Source: Myxococcales bacterium (GTDB taxonomy: Bacteria; Myxococcota_A; Polyangia; Polyangiales; Houyiibacteriaceae). Taken from it: DNA of 64,000 nt. Positions 31,028 through 41,084 of the stretch are shown here, piece after piece. The stretch spans positions 7,701-71,700 of the forward strand of contig JAHBWH010000003.1 in the NCBI GenBank assembly GCA_019637115.1. The letters run 5' to 3'. The first letter of the stretch is position 1; every line of letters begins with the position of its first letter. Made by a program: the position numbers and the translations under genes. Below the pieces are notes generated by a model. It ran no database searches. It was not told where the DNA came from and saw nothing but the letters and a program-made list of their open reading frames with translations.

Positions 31028-34000
31028 ATGACGATGACGACGCCCATCAAGGCCCTGTTCGCGAACGACATCCACCGTCGCATCGAGGAGGTCATCAAGG
31101 TTGACCAAACCGACGAGGAGATCATCCGTGACGAGATCTCCGAGTACGTCGTCACGGACGCGATCCGCACGCACTACACCGGCATCTTCGAGGCGTACCG
31201 CGAGGCCCCGAACAAGCCGACGGACGGCGTCTCCATCTGGGTTTCGGGCTTCTTCGGCTCTGGTAAGTCGAGCTTCGCCAAGATGCTCGGGCTCTCCGTC
31301 GCGAACCGTACTGTCGCGGGCGAGTCGGCTGCTGAGCGATTCGCGAACCGCACCGGCGACAAGAAGCTCCAGGTCCTGCTCAAGGCCATCAACGAGAAGA
31401 TCCCGACCCACGCGGTCATCTTCGACGTCTCGACGGACCGAGGCATTCGCAGCGGCAACCAGACGCTCACCGAGATCATGTACGGGCTCTTCCTCCAGAG
31501 CCTCGGCTACGCGAAGGACCTCGACCTCTCGGAGCTGGAGATCGGCCTCGAGGAGAAGGGCACGCTCGGGAAGTTCGAGGACGAGTACAAGCGCCTGTTC
31601 AAGAAGGAGTGGTCCAGCGAGAAGGGCAAGATCGCCTTCGCGCTCTCCGAGGCGAGCCGCGTGCTCCACAGCCTCGACCCCGACACCTACCCCGTCGCCG
31701 ACTCGTGGGTGAAGGCCGTCAAGAACAAGGCCGACATCACGCCGGGCAAGCTCGCCGAGCGCGCGGGCGAGCTGATGAAGCGGCGCAAGCCGGGCCTGTC
31801 GCTGATGTTCGTGGTCGACGAGGTCGGCCAGTTCGTCGCCCGCGACGTCCAGAAGATGCTCGACCTGCAGGCCATCGTGCAGCAGCTCGGTGTGAAGGGG
31901 CGCGGCAAGCACTGGGTCGTCGTCACCTCCCAGGAGAAGCTCGGCGAGCTCGTCTCCGGCCTCGACGACAAGAAGATCGAGCTGGCCCGCCTGATGGACC
32001 GTTTCCCGCTGCAGGTTCACCTCGAGCCGAGCGACATCTCCGAGGTCACCAGCCGCCGCGTGCTCTCGAAGAACGCCAACGCGCAGACCACGCTCGGGAC
32101 GCTCTTCGACGAGCACCGGGGACGGCTTACGGAGCACACGCGGCTCACCGCTGACATCAAGCTCCCCGAGGTGACGCGCGAGGCCTTCATCGACCTCTAC
32201 CCGCTGCTGCCTTACCAGATTGACCTCATCATCCAGGTCGTCTCCGGCCTGCGAACCCAGGGCGGTGCGAGCAAGCACGTCGGCGGTGCGAACCGCACCA
32301 TCATCAAGCTCGCGCAGCAGCTCCTCATCAACCCGGCGGTGAACCTCGCCGACGGCGCGGTCGGCGACCTCGTGCGGCTCGATCAGGTCTATGACCTCGT
32401 CGAGGGCAACATCGGCTCCGAGGTGCGCGCGAAGATCGCAGCCCTCTCCAAGCTCGTCGAACACCCGCTGGCGCAGCCGGTGGCAAAGGTCATTTGCCTG
32501 CTCCAGTACGTGAAGAGCGTCCACCGCAGCGCGGAGAACCTCGCGGCAGCCCTGCACGGCCAGGTCGGCGGCGACTCCCAGCTCGCCTCGGTGAAGGAGG
32601 CGCTCCGCGCGCTCGAGGCCGCCCACCAGGTTCGCCACGGTGACGATGGCTACCGCATTCCCACTCCCGCCGAGGACGATTGGGAGCGCCTGCGCAACGG
32701 CATTAGCCCGAAGCCCGGCGACTCGCATCGGCTCTACCAGGAAGTGCTCTCGGGCTTCTGGCAGCCGCAGCCCTCGCACACGCTCTTCGACACCAAGACC
32801 TTCAAGGCGGGCCTCGCCATCCACGGCCGCGAGCTCACGGCGGGCGACATGATGTTCCAGGTCCACCTCGCCGAGGACGGTAAGGACTTCGACGGCCTCG
32901 CCGCCGAGCTGCGCACGCGCAGTCAGCAGGAGCGCAAGCACGTCTTCTGGGCCATCGCGCTCACCGACTCCATCGACCGCGAGACCGTCGAGCTGTTCCG
33001 GTCGAAGGAGATGCTTGCCCGCAAGGAGCGCGAGACCAAGGGCGAGGACACGCCCGCGTTGATCGCTGAGGAGCGCGTTCGGCTGCGTCGCCACGGGGAC
33101 GAGCTGCGCCGCCTCCTCAAGGCGGCGGCGCTCTCGGGCCGCATCTACTTCCGGGGAAACGACAGGAGCCCCAGCGACCGCGCCGTCGACGTGGGCAAGA
33201 CCGCCGCCGAGGTGCTCGGTACCGTGCTGCCCGAGGTCTTCGACCGCTTCAAGGAGGCCGCCGCCAAGGCGACGGACGTGAAGAAGGGCACCGACGCGCT
33301 CTTCACCGCCGAGAACCTCCAGGGCCTCCCCAGCGTGTTCGGCGCAATCGGCCTCCTCCGCGACGAGAAGGGCAAGACCGTTTTCCGCACGGAGAGCGGC
33401 CCGCTGAAGGAGGTGCTCGACCGCATCGAGGAGCGCGCCAACTACGGCGACACCGCGAACGGCCGCTACCTCACCGACGAGTTCGCGAAGGAGCCGTTCG
33501 GTTGGGACTTCGAAGCGGTGCGCCTGCTCGTTCTCTCGTTGCTGCGCGCCGGGAAGATCGAGGCGACCAGCAAGGGGCAGACGCTCGACACCGTCACGGG
33601 CGTCGAGGCGCGCGACACCTTCTCGAACAACAACCTGTTCCGGCAGGCCTCGTTCCGCCCCAAGAAGGGCATCGAGTTCGAGGAGCTGGTGAAGGCCTCA
33701 GAGGCCTTCAAGGACACCTTCGGCAGCGAGGTGAAGGAGCTGAACGCCGGCGCCATCGTCGCCGAGCTGCGCAAGGAGGTCGCCCGCAACGAGGACACCG
33801 TCGCCTCGGCGCTCGGCACGCTCACCGCGCATCGCCTGCCGGGCGGCGCAGTGCTCGACGGCGCCATCGGCCAGATGAAGGCCATCCTCCGGGGCTCGGA
33901 GGACAACGCCATCGCGACCTTCAACACGAGTCACCGCGCCATCAAGGACGCCATCAAGCGCGCCGTCGAGCTGGAGCAGGTGCTGAGCGATCCGCGCCTC

Positions 34001-34573
34001 CACGACCTCGAGCGCGCCCGCAAGGCGCAGAGTGGCCTGTGGAGCTTTCTTTGTCAGGAGGCGGACATCGCCGACGACTTGCGCACGCGCGCGACGGATC
34101 TCGACGACCTTCTGCAGCGCGAGACCTTCTTCAAGGAGCTGCCTGCGATCGAGCAGCACACCAAGGCGCTGGAGGTCGAGTACCAGAGGCGCTTCGACGA
34201 GGCACTCGACGCGCGCGTGGCCGCGTACACCAAGGCGTTCGACAAGCTGGTGAAGACGCCGGGCTGGACGGAGATCGACGAGGACCAGCAGCGGCGCCTC
34301 GCCGAGCCCTTCGAGCGCGGGAAGAAGCGCGACGAGACCCGCGCGCCGATCCCGCAGCTCCGTGCCGACCGTGACGCCTGCGGCGGGCGCCTCAGCGCCG
34401 CCATCGCCGAGCTGCGACGCATCATCGACGGCGAGCGCGTCGTCACCGTGAGCGTCGGCAGCTACTTCGCCGGAGGCGTCGAAACCGAAGAGCAGCTCGA
34501 GGCTGCGCTTGACGGCGTGCGCGAAGAGTGCGCGCGCCTCATCGGCGCCGGCAAGAAGGTCATCGTTCAGTAA
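31028..34573 (+). CDS. brxC: BrxC/PglY P-loop ATPase
   Basis: Internal ATG at 31028 (MTMTTPIKALFANDIHRRIEEVIKV). Walker A VSGFFGSGKSSFAKMLG. 1181 aa. Confidence 0.9.
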   Translation: MTMTTPIKALFANDIHRRIEEVIKVDQTDEEIIRDEISEYVVTDAIRTHYTGIFEAYREAPNKPTDGVSIWVSGFFGSGKSSFAKMLGLSVANRTVAGESAAERFANRTGDKKLQVLLKAINEKIPTHAVIFDVSTDRGIRSGNQTLTEIMYGLFLQSLGYAKDLDLSELEIGLEEKGTLGKFEDEYKRLFKKEWSSEKGKIAFALSEASRVLHSLDPDTYPVADSWVKAVKNKADITPGKLAERAGELMKRRKPGLSLMFVVDEVGQFVARDVQKMLDLQAIVQQLGVKGRGKHWVVVTSQEKLGELVSGLDDKKIELARLMDRFPLQVHLEPSDISEVTSRRVLSKNANAQTTLGTLFDEHRGRLTEHTRLTADIKLPEVTREAFIDLYPLLPYQIDLIIQVVSGLRTQGGASKHVGGANRTIIKLAQQLLINPAVNLADGAVGDLVRLDQVYDLVEGNIGSEVRAKIAALSKLVEHPLAQPVAKVICLLQYVKSVHRSAENLAAALHGQVGGDSQLASVKEALRALEAAHQVRHGDDGYRIPTPAEDDWERLRNGISPKPGDSHRLYQEVLSGFWQPQPSHTLFDTKTFKAGLAIHGRELTAGDMMFQVHLAEDGKDFDGLAAELRTRSQQERKHVFWAIALTDSIDRETVELFRSKEMLARKERETKGEDTPALIAEERVRLRRHGDELRRLLKAAALSGRIYFRGNDRSPSDRAVDVGKTAAEVLGTVLPEVFDRFKEAAAKATDVKKGTDALFTAENLQGLPSVFGAIGLLRDEKGKTVFRTESGPLKEVLDRIEERANYGDTANGRYLTDEFAKEPFGWDFEAVRLLVLSLLRAGKIEATSKGQTLDTVTGVEARDTFSNNNLFRQASFRPKKGIEFEELVKASEAFKDTFGSEVKELNAGAIVAELRKEVARNEDTVASALGTLTAHRLPGGAVLDGAIGQMKAILRGSEDNAIATFNTSHRAIKDAIKRAVELEQVLSDPRLHDLERARKAQSGLWSFLCQEADIADDLRTRATDLDDLLQRETFFKELPAIEQHTKALEVEYQRRFDEALDARVAAYTKAFDKLVKTPGWTEIDEDQQRRLAEPFERGKKRDETRAPIPQLRADRDACGGRLSAAIAELRRIIDGERVVTVSVGSYFAGGVETEEQLEAALDGVREECARLIGAGKKVIVQ

Positions 34574-34587
34574 GGGGCGCCCGAGAG

Positions 34588-37500
34588 ATGGACAAGGACA
34601 CACGCAACGCCATCGAACGCGCCACCCAGAAGGCGCGGAAGCTCCTCGAGGAGGACTTCGCCGCCCAGCTCGAGGGCGACTTCGACGTGCATCGCGACGG
34701 CGAGGTGGCCGCCAAGGCGGGCAAGCACCTCTCCGCGCGCGATGCGTATCGGCGCGAGCGCATCGTCGCCGCCATCGAGCACAAGCGTGCCGCCGGGATG
34801 AGTGCGGCCGACGCCGCCCGCGACTACCTGCGCGACGCCGCCTTCACCACGCTCAACCGCTTCGTCGCCTTGAAGATGCTCGAGGCCCGCGAGCTGGTGC
34901 AGGAGTGCATCACGAAGGGCGAGCAGTCAGGCGGCTACCGCGAGTTCTGCGGCATGGCGCCGGGCCTGCCGCTCCTGCCCGAGAGCGCGGGCTACCGCCT
35001 CTACATCGAGTCGCTCTTTGACGAGCTGTCGACCGAGGTGAAGGTCCTCTTCGACCGGCGCGATCCGTCGAGCGTGCTGTGGCCGAAGCGCGCGACCTTC
35101 GAGCAGCTCCTCGAGATCCTGAACGCCACCGAGCTCGCCCGCGTATGGGGCGAGGACGAGACCATCGGCTGGGTCTACCAGTTCTTCAACGGCCAGGACG
35201 AGCGCCGCAAGATGCGCGAGGAGAGTCAGGCCCCGCGCAACAGCCGCGAGCTGGCGGTGCGCAACCAGTTCTTCACCCCGCGCTACGTGGTGCAGTTCCT
35301 CACCGACAACACGCTCGGCCGCATCTGGTACGAGATGCGCGGCACGAATACCGCGCTCGCAGACAGGTGCGAGTACATGGTCCGCAAGCCCGCCGAGGAG
35401 TTCGCGCCACGTGCGAAGAAGGACCCGCGCGATCTGCGCGTGCTCGACCCGGCCTGCGGCAGCGGGCACTTCCTGCTCTACGCCTTCGACCTGCTGCTCG
35501 CGATCTACGAGGAGGCCTACGTCGACCCGGAGAGCCCGAAGAGCGAGGCGACGGGCAAGGCGCTCGCCGAGGACTACCCGAGTCTCGACGCGCTGAAGAA
35601 GGCTGCGCCGGGGCTCGTCCTCGCACACAATCTGCACGGCGTCGACATCGACCCGCGCTGCGCGCAGATCGCCCAGCTCGCGCTGTGGATGCGGGCGCAG
35701 AAGGCGTACCGGGACTTCGGCATCGGGCGCGGCGACCGCGCGCAGATCCGCCGGTCGAACATCGTAGTGGCAGAGCCGCTCGTCGCCGACGACCAGATCG
35801 CAAAGGAGTTCGTGGCAAAGCTGGGCGACGCGGAGCTCGGGCGCGTGTTCACGTCGCTGGTCGAGTCGCTGAGCCTCGCGGGCGACCTCGGTCTGCTCCT
35901 GCGCGTCGAGCAGCTCGTCGCGCGGCAGGCGAAACGGGGGCAGACCGGAGACCTGTTCGCGCCGCCCGAGGAGCGCATCCGCGCTGCGCTCGATCTCTTC
36001 GCGAGCGACGAACGCTCTCGTGCCAACACGCGACGTCGCCTCTTCGCCGATGACGCCGCGCACGGCGTAGCGCTGCTCAGCGTGGCCGAGAAGAAGTTTG
36101 ACACGGTGTTGATGAATCCACCCTTTGGCGCCGGCAGCCTGCGAGCCAAGCGAGACTTCGAAAAAGCGTATCCCAGGACCAAGAACGACATCTACGCGGC
36201 CTTCGTTGAACGCGGCGTAGAGTTGCTCACTGTAGGCGGCCGGGTTGGAGCGATCACGTCCCGGACCGGCTTCTTCCTCGCGAGCTTTCAATCTTGGCGC
36301 GAGGACGTGCTGCTCCAATTTGCACCGCCCGTCGTCCTCGCCGACCTCGGGCTGGGGGTAATGGACGGCGCGATGGTCGAGGCTGCTGCGTACTGCCTTG
36401 AAGCCAAGCGACCTGGCGCCGATCTGTCCGTCTTCCTTCGAGTCCTGGAGGAACAGCATGACAAGCAGAAAGCCTTGCGAGCCGTCATCGCTGACCCGAC
36501 AGGGGCAGCTATCTCGCGTGCTCGATTCGAGGTCGACCCGCTGAGCTTCTCCAGCGTTACCCGTTCACCGTTCGCGTACTGGGTGAGCGACCAGATGCGA
36601 GGGCTCTTCAAGAGGTGGCCGCTCTTGGACGCCGACGGGCGTACTGCGCGTCGCGGGCCGTCGACCTCTGAGGACGCGCGGTACCTCAGATGTTTCTGGG
36701 AGGTCGATCCGGGGGCTACGCACGGACTCGGCGTTTGGCGGCCGTTCGCGAAGGGGGGACCGTTTGCTCGGTACTACGCTGATATACACCTCGTTGCAGA
36801 TTGGGAGCCGCGACGTGCGACCTTTCATGGCTTCTGCGGTCGCCCCGGACGAGAGATCGAGAAGCCTGAGTCTGTCGACTGCTTTTTTCGCGCTGGCCTG
36901 ACCTGGTCCCTTCGAACAAAGCGCGACCTCTCGCTGCGTGCGATGCCCGCGTCTTGCATCTTCGGTCACAAAGGCCCTGCGGCTTTCGTTGAGCACGATG
37001 ATGAAGAGGGCCTGCTTCGGCTGCTCGGTGTGGCAAACAGCAAGGCATTTCGCGCGTTGGTCGAGTTTCAGCTTGCCGCAGCGGACGCGAAGGCGGGCGG
37101 CGCTGCGCGATCTTATGAGGTAGGTGTAATTCAGTCGACCCCGTTGCCCGTTCTGGACGACGACCGAGCCGGCACGCTGGCCCGTCTCGCGCGGCGTGCT
37201 TGGTCGCTGAATCGTACCATCGACACCACCAACGAGACCTCACACGCATTCATCCTGCCGAACGGGCTGGCTGGGAACGCCACGGCCATCGACGCAGCGT
37301 CCGTCGAACGAGAGCTGGCGGGTATCCAAGCGCAGATCGACGACGTGACGTTCAGCCTCTACGGCATCAGCGCCGAGGACCGCGCGACCATCGAGGAGCC
37401 GACCAAGGCAGAAACGTCTGATTCGGACGACCTCGAGGCCGAAGCCCCCGACGATGCAGATGAAGGTGACGACGAGACCGCCGCGGGTGGAGGTTCGGAC

Positions 37501-38523
37501 GCGCTCGGCTCTTGGCTTGTCGGCGTCGCCTTCGGCCGCTTCGACCCGCGCCTCGCGACCGGCGAGCGCGCCATCCCGCCGGAGCCGGAGCCCTTCGACC
37601 CGCTGCCGTCGCGCTCGCCCGGCATGTACCCCGAGGGCGAAGAGCCCACCGTTCGTCCTGATATCCTCGTCGATGACGAAGGCCACGCCGACGATCTCCC
37701 GGCGCGCGCCATCGATGTTGCCGAGCGGGTGAAGGTCGATGCACCCGAGAACCTCCGCGCGTGGCTCGCCAAGGAGTTCTTCACGCTGCACATCAGGATG
37801 TACTCGAAGAGCCGTCGCAAAGCGCCGATTTACTGGCAGCTCGCGACGGCCTCGGCTGGCTACTCCGTGTGGCTCTACATTCACGCCTTCAGCAAGGACA
37901 CGCTCTTCCGCGTCCAGAACGACTACGTCGCGCCCAAGCTCGCGCACGAGGAGCGGCGCCTCGAGTCGCTTTCCAGCGAACTGGGCGCCGGAGCCACTGC
38001 CGCCCAGCGCAAGCAGCTCGCCGCGCAGGATGCGCTCGTCGAGGAGCTGCGGGCCTTCCTCGACGAGGTGAAGCGTGTTGCTCCGCTGTGGAAGCCGAAC
38101 CTCGACGACGGCGTGATCATCAACTTCGCCCCGCTCTGGCGCCTCGTTCCGCAGAACAAATCTTGGCAGAAGGAGCTGAAGTCCACCTGGGACGCGCTCG
38201 CCGACGGCAAGTACGACTGGGCCCACCTCGCGATGCACTTCTGGCCCGAGCGCGTGGTCCCAAAGTGCGCCAAGGACCGCAGCCTCGCCATCGCCCACGG
38301 GCTCGAGGACGTGTTCTGGGTCGAGGGCACCGACGGCAAGTGGACCGCTCGCAAGACGCCCACCAAGAGCGTCGAGGAGCTCGTGAAGGAGCGCACGTCG
38401 CCCGCCGTGAAGTCCGGGCTGAAGAGCCTGCTCGAAGCGCCCGTGGCGAGCGGTAAGAGCACCGGGCGCAAGGGCGGTGGCCGTCGCAAGGCCGCTGCCG
38501 CCGCCGAGGGAGGAGACGCCTGA
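34588..38523 (+). CDS. pglX: PglX adenine-specific DNA methyltransferase
   Basis: Motif I VLDPACGSGHFLLYAFD and motif IV VLMNPPFG. 1311 aa. The start is the internal ATG at 34588. Confidence 0.9.
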   Translation: MDKDTRNAIERATQKARKLLEEDFAAQLEGDFDVHRDGEVAAKAGKHLSARDAYRRERIVAAIEHKRAAGMSAADAARDYLRDAAFTTLNRFVALKMLEARELVQECITKGEQSGGYREFCGMAPGLPLLPESAGYRLYIESLFDELSTEVKVLFDRRDPSSVLWPKRATFEQLLEILNATELARVWGEDETIGWVYQFFNGQDERRKMREESQAPRNSRELAVRNQFFTPRYVVQFLTDNTLGRIWYEMRGTNTALADRCEYMVRKPAEEFAPRAKKDPRDLRVLDPACGSGHFLLYAFDLLLAIYEEAYVDPESPKSEATGKALAEDYPSLDALKKAAPGLVLAHNLHGVDIDPRCAQIAQLALWMRAQKAYRDFGIGRGDRAQIRRSNIVVAEPLVADDQIAKEFVAKLGDAELGRVFTSLVESLSLAGDLGLLLRVEQLVARQAKRGQTGDLFAPPEERIRAALDLFASDERSRANTRRRLFADDAAHGVALLSVAEKKFDTVLMNPPFGAGSLRAKRDFEKAYPRTKNDIYAAFVERGVELLTVGGRVGAITSRTGFFLASFQSWREDVLLQFAPPVVLADLGLGVMDGAMVEAAAYCLEAKRPGADLSVFLRVLEEQHDKQKALRAVIADPTGAAISRARFEVDPLSFSSVTRSPFAYWVSDQMRGLFKRWPLLDADGRTARRGPSTSEDARYLRCFWEVDPGATHGLGVWRPFAKGGPFARYYADIHLVADWEPRRATFHGFCGRPGREIEKPESVDCFFRAGLTWSLRTKRDLSLRAMPASCIFGHKGPAAFVEHDDEEGLLRLLGVANSKAFRALVEFQLAAADAKAGGAARSYEVGVIQSTPLPVLDDDRAGTLARLARRAWSLNRTIDTTNETSHAFILPNGLAGNATAIDAASVERELAGIQAQIDDVTFSLYGISAEDRATIEEPTKAETSDSDDLEAEAPDDADEGDDETAAGGGSDALGSWLVGVAFGRFDPRLATGERAIPPEPEPFDPLPSRSPGMYPEGEEPTVRPDILVDDEGHADDLPARAIDVAERVKVDAPENLRAWLAKEFFTLHIRMYSKSRRKAPIYWQLATASAGYSVWLYIHAFSKDTLFRVQNDYVAPKLAHEERRLESLSSELGAGATAAQRKQLAAQDALVEELRAFLDEVKRVAPLWKPNLDDGVIINFAPLWRLVPQNKSWQKELKSTWDALADGKYDWAHLAMHFWPERVVPKCAKDRSLAIAHGLEDVFWVEGTDGKWTARKTPTKSVEELVKERTSPAVKSGLKSLLEAPVASGKSTGRKGGGRRKAAAAAEGGDA

Positions 38524-41081
38524 TGCACCCGCTTCACGACTATGTGGCCAAGCAGCTCGCCGACAAGCTCAAGGACCGTCGTGTCGTCGTCTGGTACGAC
38601 GAGCGCGGCGAGTTCCGGCCCTTCGTCGACGAGGTGCGCGGCGGGCCGCGCGCAGCGGCCGAGCCGGTGGCGGTGGGCGTCGCCGGCATCAAGGCGAGCC
38701 TCGCGGAGTACGCGGGTTCGTTGTTCGAGCTGCGCGCCGTCGTCGAGCCGCTGGTGAGCGGCGACAAGCCCGACGTGTTGGTCCTCTACATCCCCGGCCT
38801 CGCCCACGACGCGAAGGCCTCGGTGCTGATGGAGTTGGAGAAGGCCGGTCGCACCTGGAAGCCCGAGCTGAAGCAGCTCGCCAAGAACGTCCTGCTCCAG
38901 AAGTACACGCTCGGCGTGGTCGACGAGATGTTGCCCTTCGATCGCAAGGTCTCCTACGCGGACCTCGCGCGCGCGGCGGCGGGCAACTCGGGCGCGGAGC
39001 CGCCGTCGATCTTGAAGAGCATCTTCCACGATGCGAGCGGCAACGATGGGCTGCTCACGGCATGGCTCGTGAGCGACGCGCGCGACGCCGAGATCGTCAG
39101 CAAGGAGGCCACGCGCGAGCTGACCAAGCTCGTCAAGGCACGCCTGGGCTTGGACCTCGTGGCCGACTCACCCCTCGCGAAGCTGCGCGCCATCGTGCTG
39201 CGCTACGTGCTCGCAGGCGAGTTCCGCCTCGACCTCTCGTGTGACCCGCCCGCCTCGCTCGACAGCGTCGCCAAGCCGCCCACGAAGGACGAGGAGTCGG
39301 CCGTGCGCGAGCTCGCCCGACGCCTGCGCACCGGCCACGCTGACACCTACGCGGCGCTCGCCGATCGCGTCGAGGAGGAGCTGGGGCTCAAGAACGCCAA
39401 GCTGTCCCCCGGCGCGCTCGGCTCCATTGACACGTTCCGGTTCGAGGAACGCGCGCTGCTCCGTCACGCCGGTGATCTCGTCGCGAACTGCAAGTTCGAG
39501 AGCGCTCTCTCGCTCGTGTCCGAGCGAGAACAGAGCTTCTGGCTTGACCGTGACGTCGCTCGGAAGGCCCAGTGGGAGGCCACTCGGCGCATCGCCGAGC
39601 TCGGCCATCTGGCGGTTCAAGTGAAGGCAGCAGTGGGCAAGACCTCGGGAGATGCAGCGACGTGGCTCGACGCCTACGTCACGCAGTCGGGCTCCGGCTG
39701 GTTCCGCCTCGACCAGGCCCAGCGCCGCATGGAGGCATGGGTCGCGAACCTCGACGATGAGCCCGAGGAGCGCCCGCTCGCCGTCGTGCGCCGCGCCTAC
39801 GAGGACGCCGTCCACGCGATGGCCGAGGCCTTCACCAAGGCGCTCGGCAAGGCCGGGTGGACGGTGCCCGGTGCTCTGCACCAGACGCGGATCTGGAGCG
39901 AGGTCGTCAGCGACAAGCCCAAGCCCGTCGCCTACTTCCTCGTCGACGCGATGCGCTTCGAGATGGGCGTCGAGCTGGCCGAGCGCCTGCCGAAGACCTC
40001 AGAGGTCGCCGTGCGCGCCGCCGTCGGGGCGCTGCCGAGCATCACGCCCGTCGGCATGGCGGCGCTGATGCCCGGTGCCTCGGCGAGCTTCTCGGTCGTC
40101 GAGGAGAAGGACAAGCTCGGCGCCCGCATCGACGACGCCTTCTTGCCCGATCTCCCGGCCCGCAAGAAGCACGCTGCGGCGCGCGTGCCGAAGCTCGTCG
40201 ACCTCGCGCTCGACGAGCTGCTCTCGCTGCAGCCCTCGAAGCTCGCGAAGAAGGTCGAGGGCGCGCAGGTCGTCCTCGTTCGTTCCCAGGAGATCGACCA
40301 CGCGGGCGAGAACGGCTTCACGTACCAGGCGCGCCAGGTGATGGACACCGTCATCGACAACCTGGCGCGCGCGCTCGGCAAGCTCGCCAGGGCGGGCATC
40401 GAGCACGCGGTGGTGAGCGCCGACCACGGCCACCTGTTCTTCGCCACCGACCGCGACGAGTCGATGCGTACCGATGCCCCGGGCGGCGACACCGTCGAGC
40501 TGCACCGGCGCTGCTGGCTCGGGCGCGGCGGGGCGACGTCGGCAGGGTGCGTGCGCGTCGCGGCCTCGCAGCTCGGCTACGCCTCGGACCTCGAGCTGGT
40601 GTTCCCGGCCGCCACGGGCGTCTTCAAGGCGGGCGGCGATCTCGCTTTCCACCACGGCGGGCCATCGCTGCAGGAGCTGGTCATCCCGGTGCTGACCGTG
40701 CGCACGAAGACGCGCGACTCGGCGCGCCCCTCGGCGGGGCCCATCGAGGCGAGCGGGCTGCCCGAGGCGGTGACCAATCGCATCTTCAGCGTCACGCTCA
40801 TCTACGGCGCGAAACAGATGCTGCTCGGCGCGACGGGCATCCAGGTGCGGCCGCTCTTGATGGCGGCCGGGAAGCAGGTCGGCGCGGTGGGCATGGCGGT
40901 GGACGCACAGTTCGATCGGGCCACCGGCACCGTGAAGCTCGAGCCGAACAAGCCCGTGACCATCGCCTTCCTGTTGAGCGACGAGAGCGCCGCCTCGTTG
41001 CGCGTCGTGGTGCAGGACCCGACGACCGACGCGGAGCTGTACCGATCGCCGACCGACATCCCGGTTCGACTTGGAGTGTAA
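38523..41081 (+). CDS. pglZ: PglZ alkaline-phosphatase-superfamily protein
   Basis: 852 aa. YFLVDAMRFEMG and SADHGH motifs. The start overlaps the pglX stop. Confidence 0.9.
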   Translation: MHPLHDYVAKQLADKLKDRRVVVWYDERGEFRPFVDEVRGGPRAAAEPVAVGVAGIKASLAEYAGSLFELRAVVEPLVSGDKPDVLVLYIPGLAHDAKASVLMELEKAGRTWKPELKQLAKNVLLQKYTLGVVDEMLPFDRKVSYADLARAAAGNSGAEPPSILKSIFHDASGNDGLLTAWLVSDARDAEIVSKEATRELTKLVKARLGLDLVADSPLAKLRAIVLRYVLAGEFRLDLSCDPPASLDSVAKPPTKDEESAVRELARRLRTGHADTYAALADRVEEELGLKNAKLSPGALGSIDTFRFEERALLRHAGDLVANCKFESALSLVSEREQSFWLDRDVARKAQWEATRRIAELGHLAVQVKAAVGKTSGDAATWLDAYVTQSGSGWFRLDQAQRRMEAWVANLDDEPEERPLAVVRRAYEDAVHAMAEAFTKALGKAGWTVPGALHQTRIWSEVVSDKPKPVAYFLVDAMRFEMGVELAERLPKTSEVAVRAAVGALPSITPVGMAALMPGASASFSVVEEKDKLGARIDDAFLPDLPARKKHAAARVPKLVDLALDELLSLQPSKLAKKVEGAQVVLVRSQEIDHAGENGFTYQARQVMDTVIDNLARALGKLARAGIEHAVVSADHGHLFFATDRDESMRTDAPGGDTVELHRRCWLGRGGATSAGCVRVAASQLGYASDLELVFPAATGVFKAGGDLAFHHGGPSLQELVIPVLTVRTKTRDSARPSAGPIEASGLPEAVTNRIFSVTLIYGAKQMLLGATGIQVRPLLMAAGKQVGAVGMAVDAQFDRATGTVKLEPNKPVTIAFLLSDESAASLRVVVQDPTTDAELYRSPTDIPVRLGV

Positions 41082-41084
41082 GCC

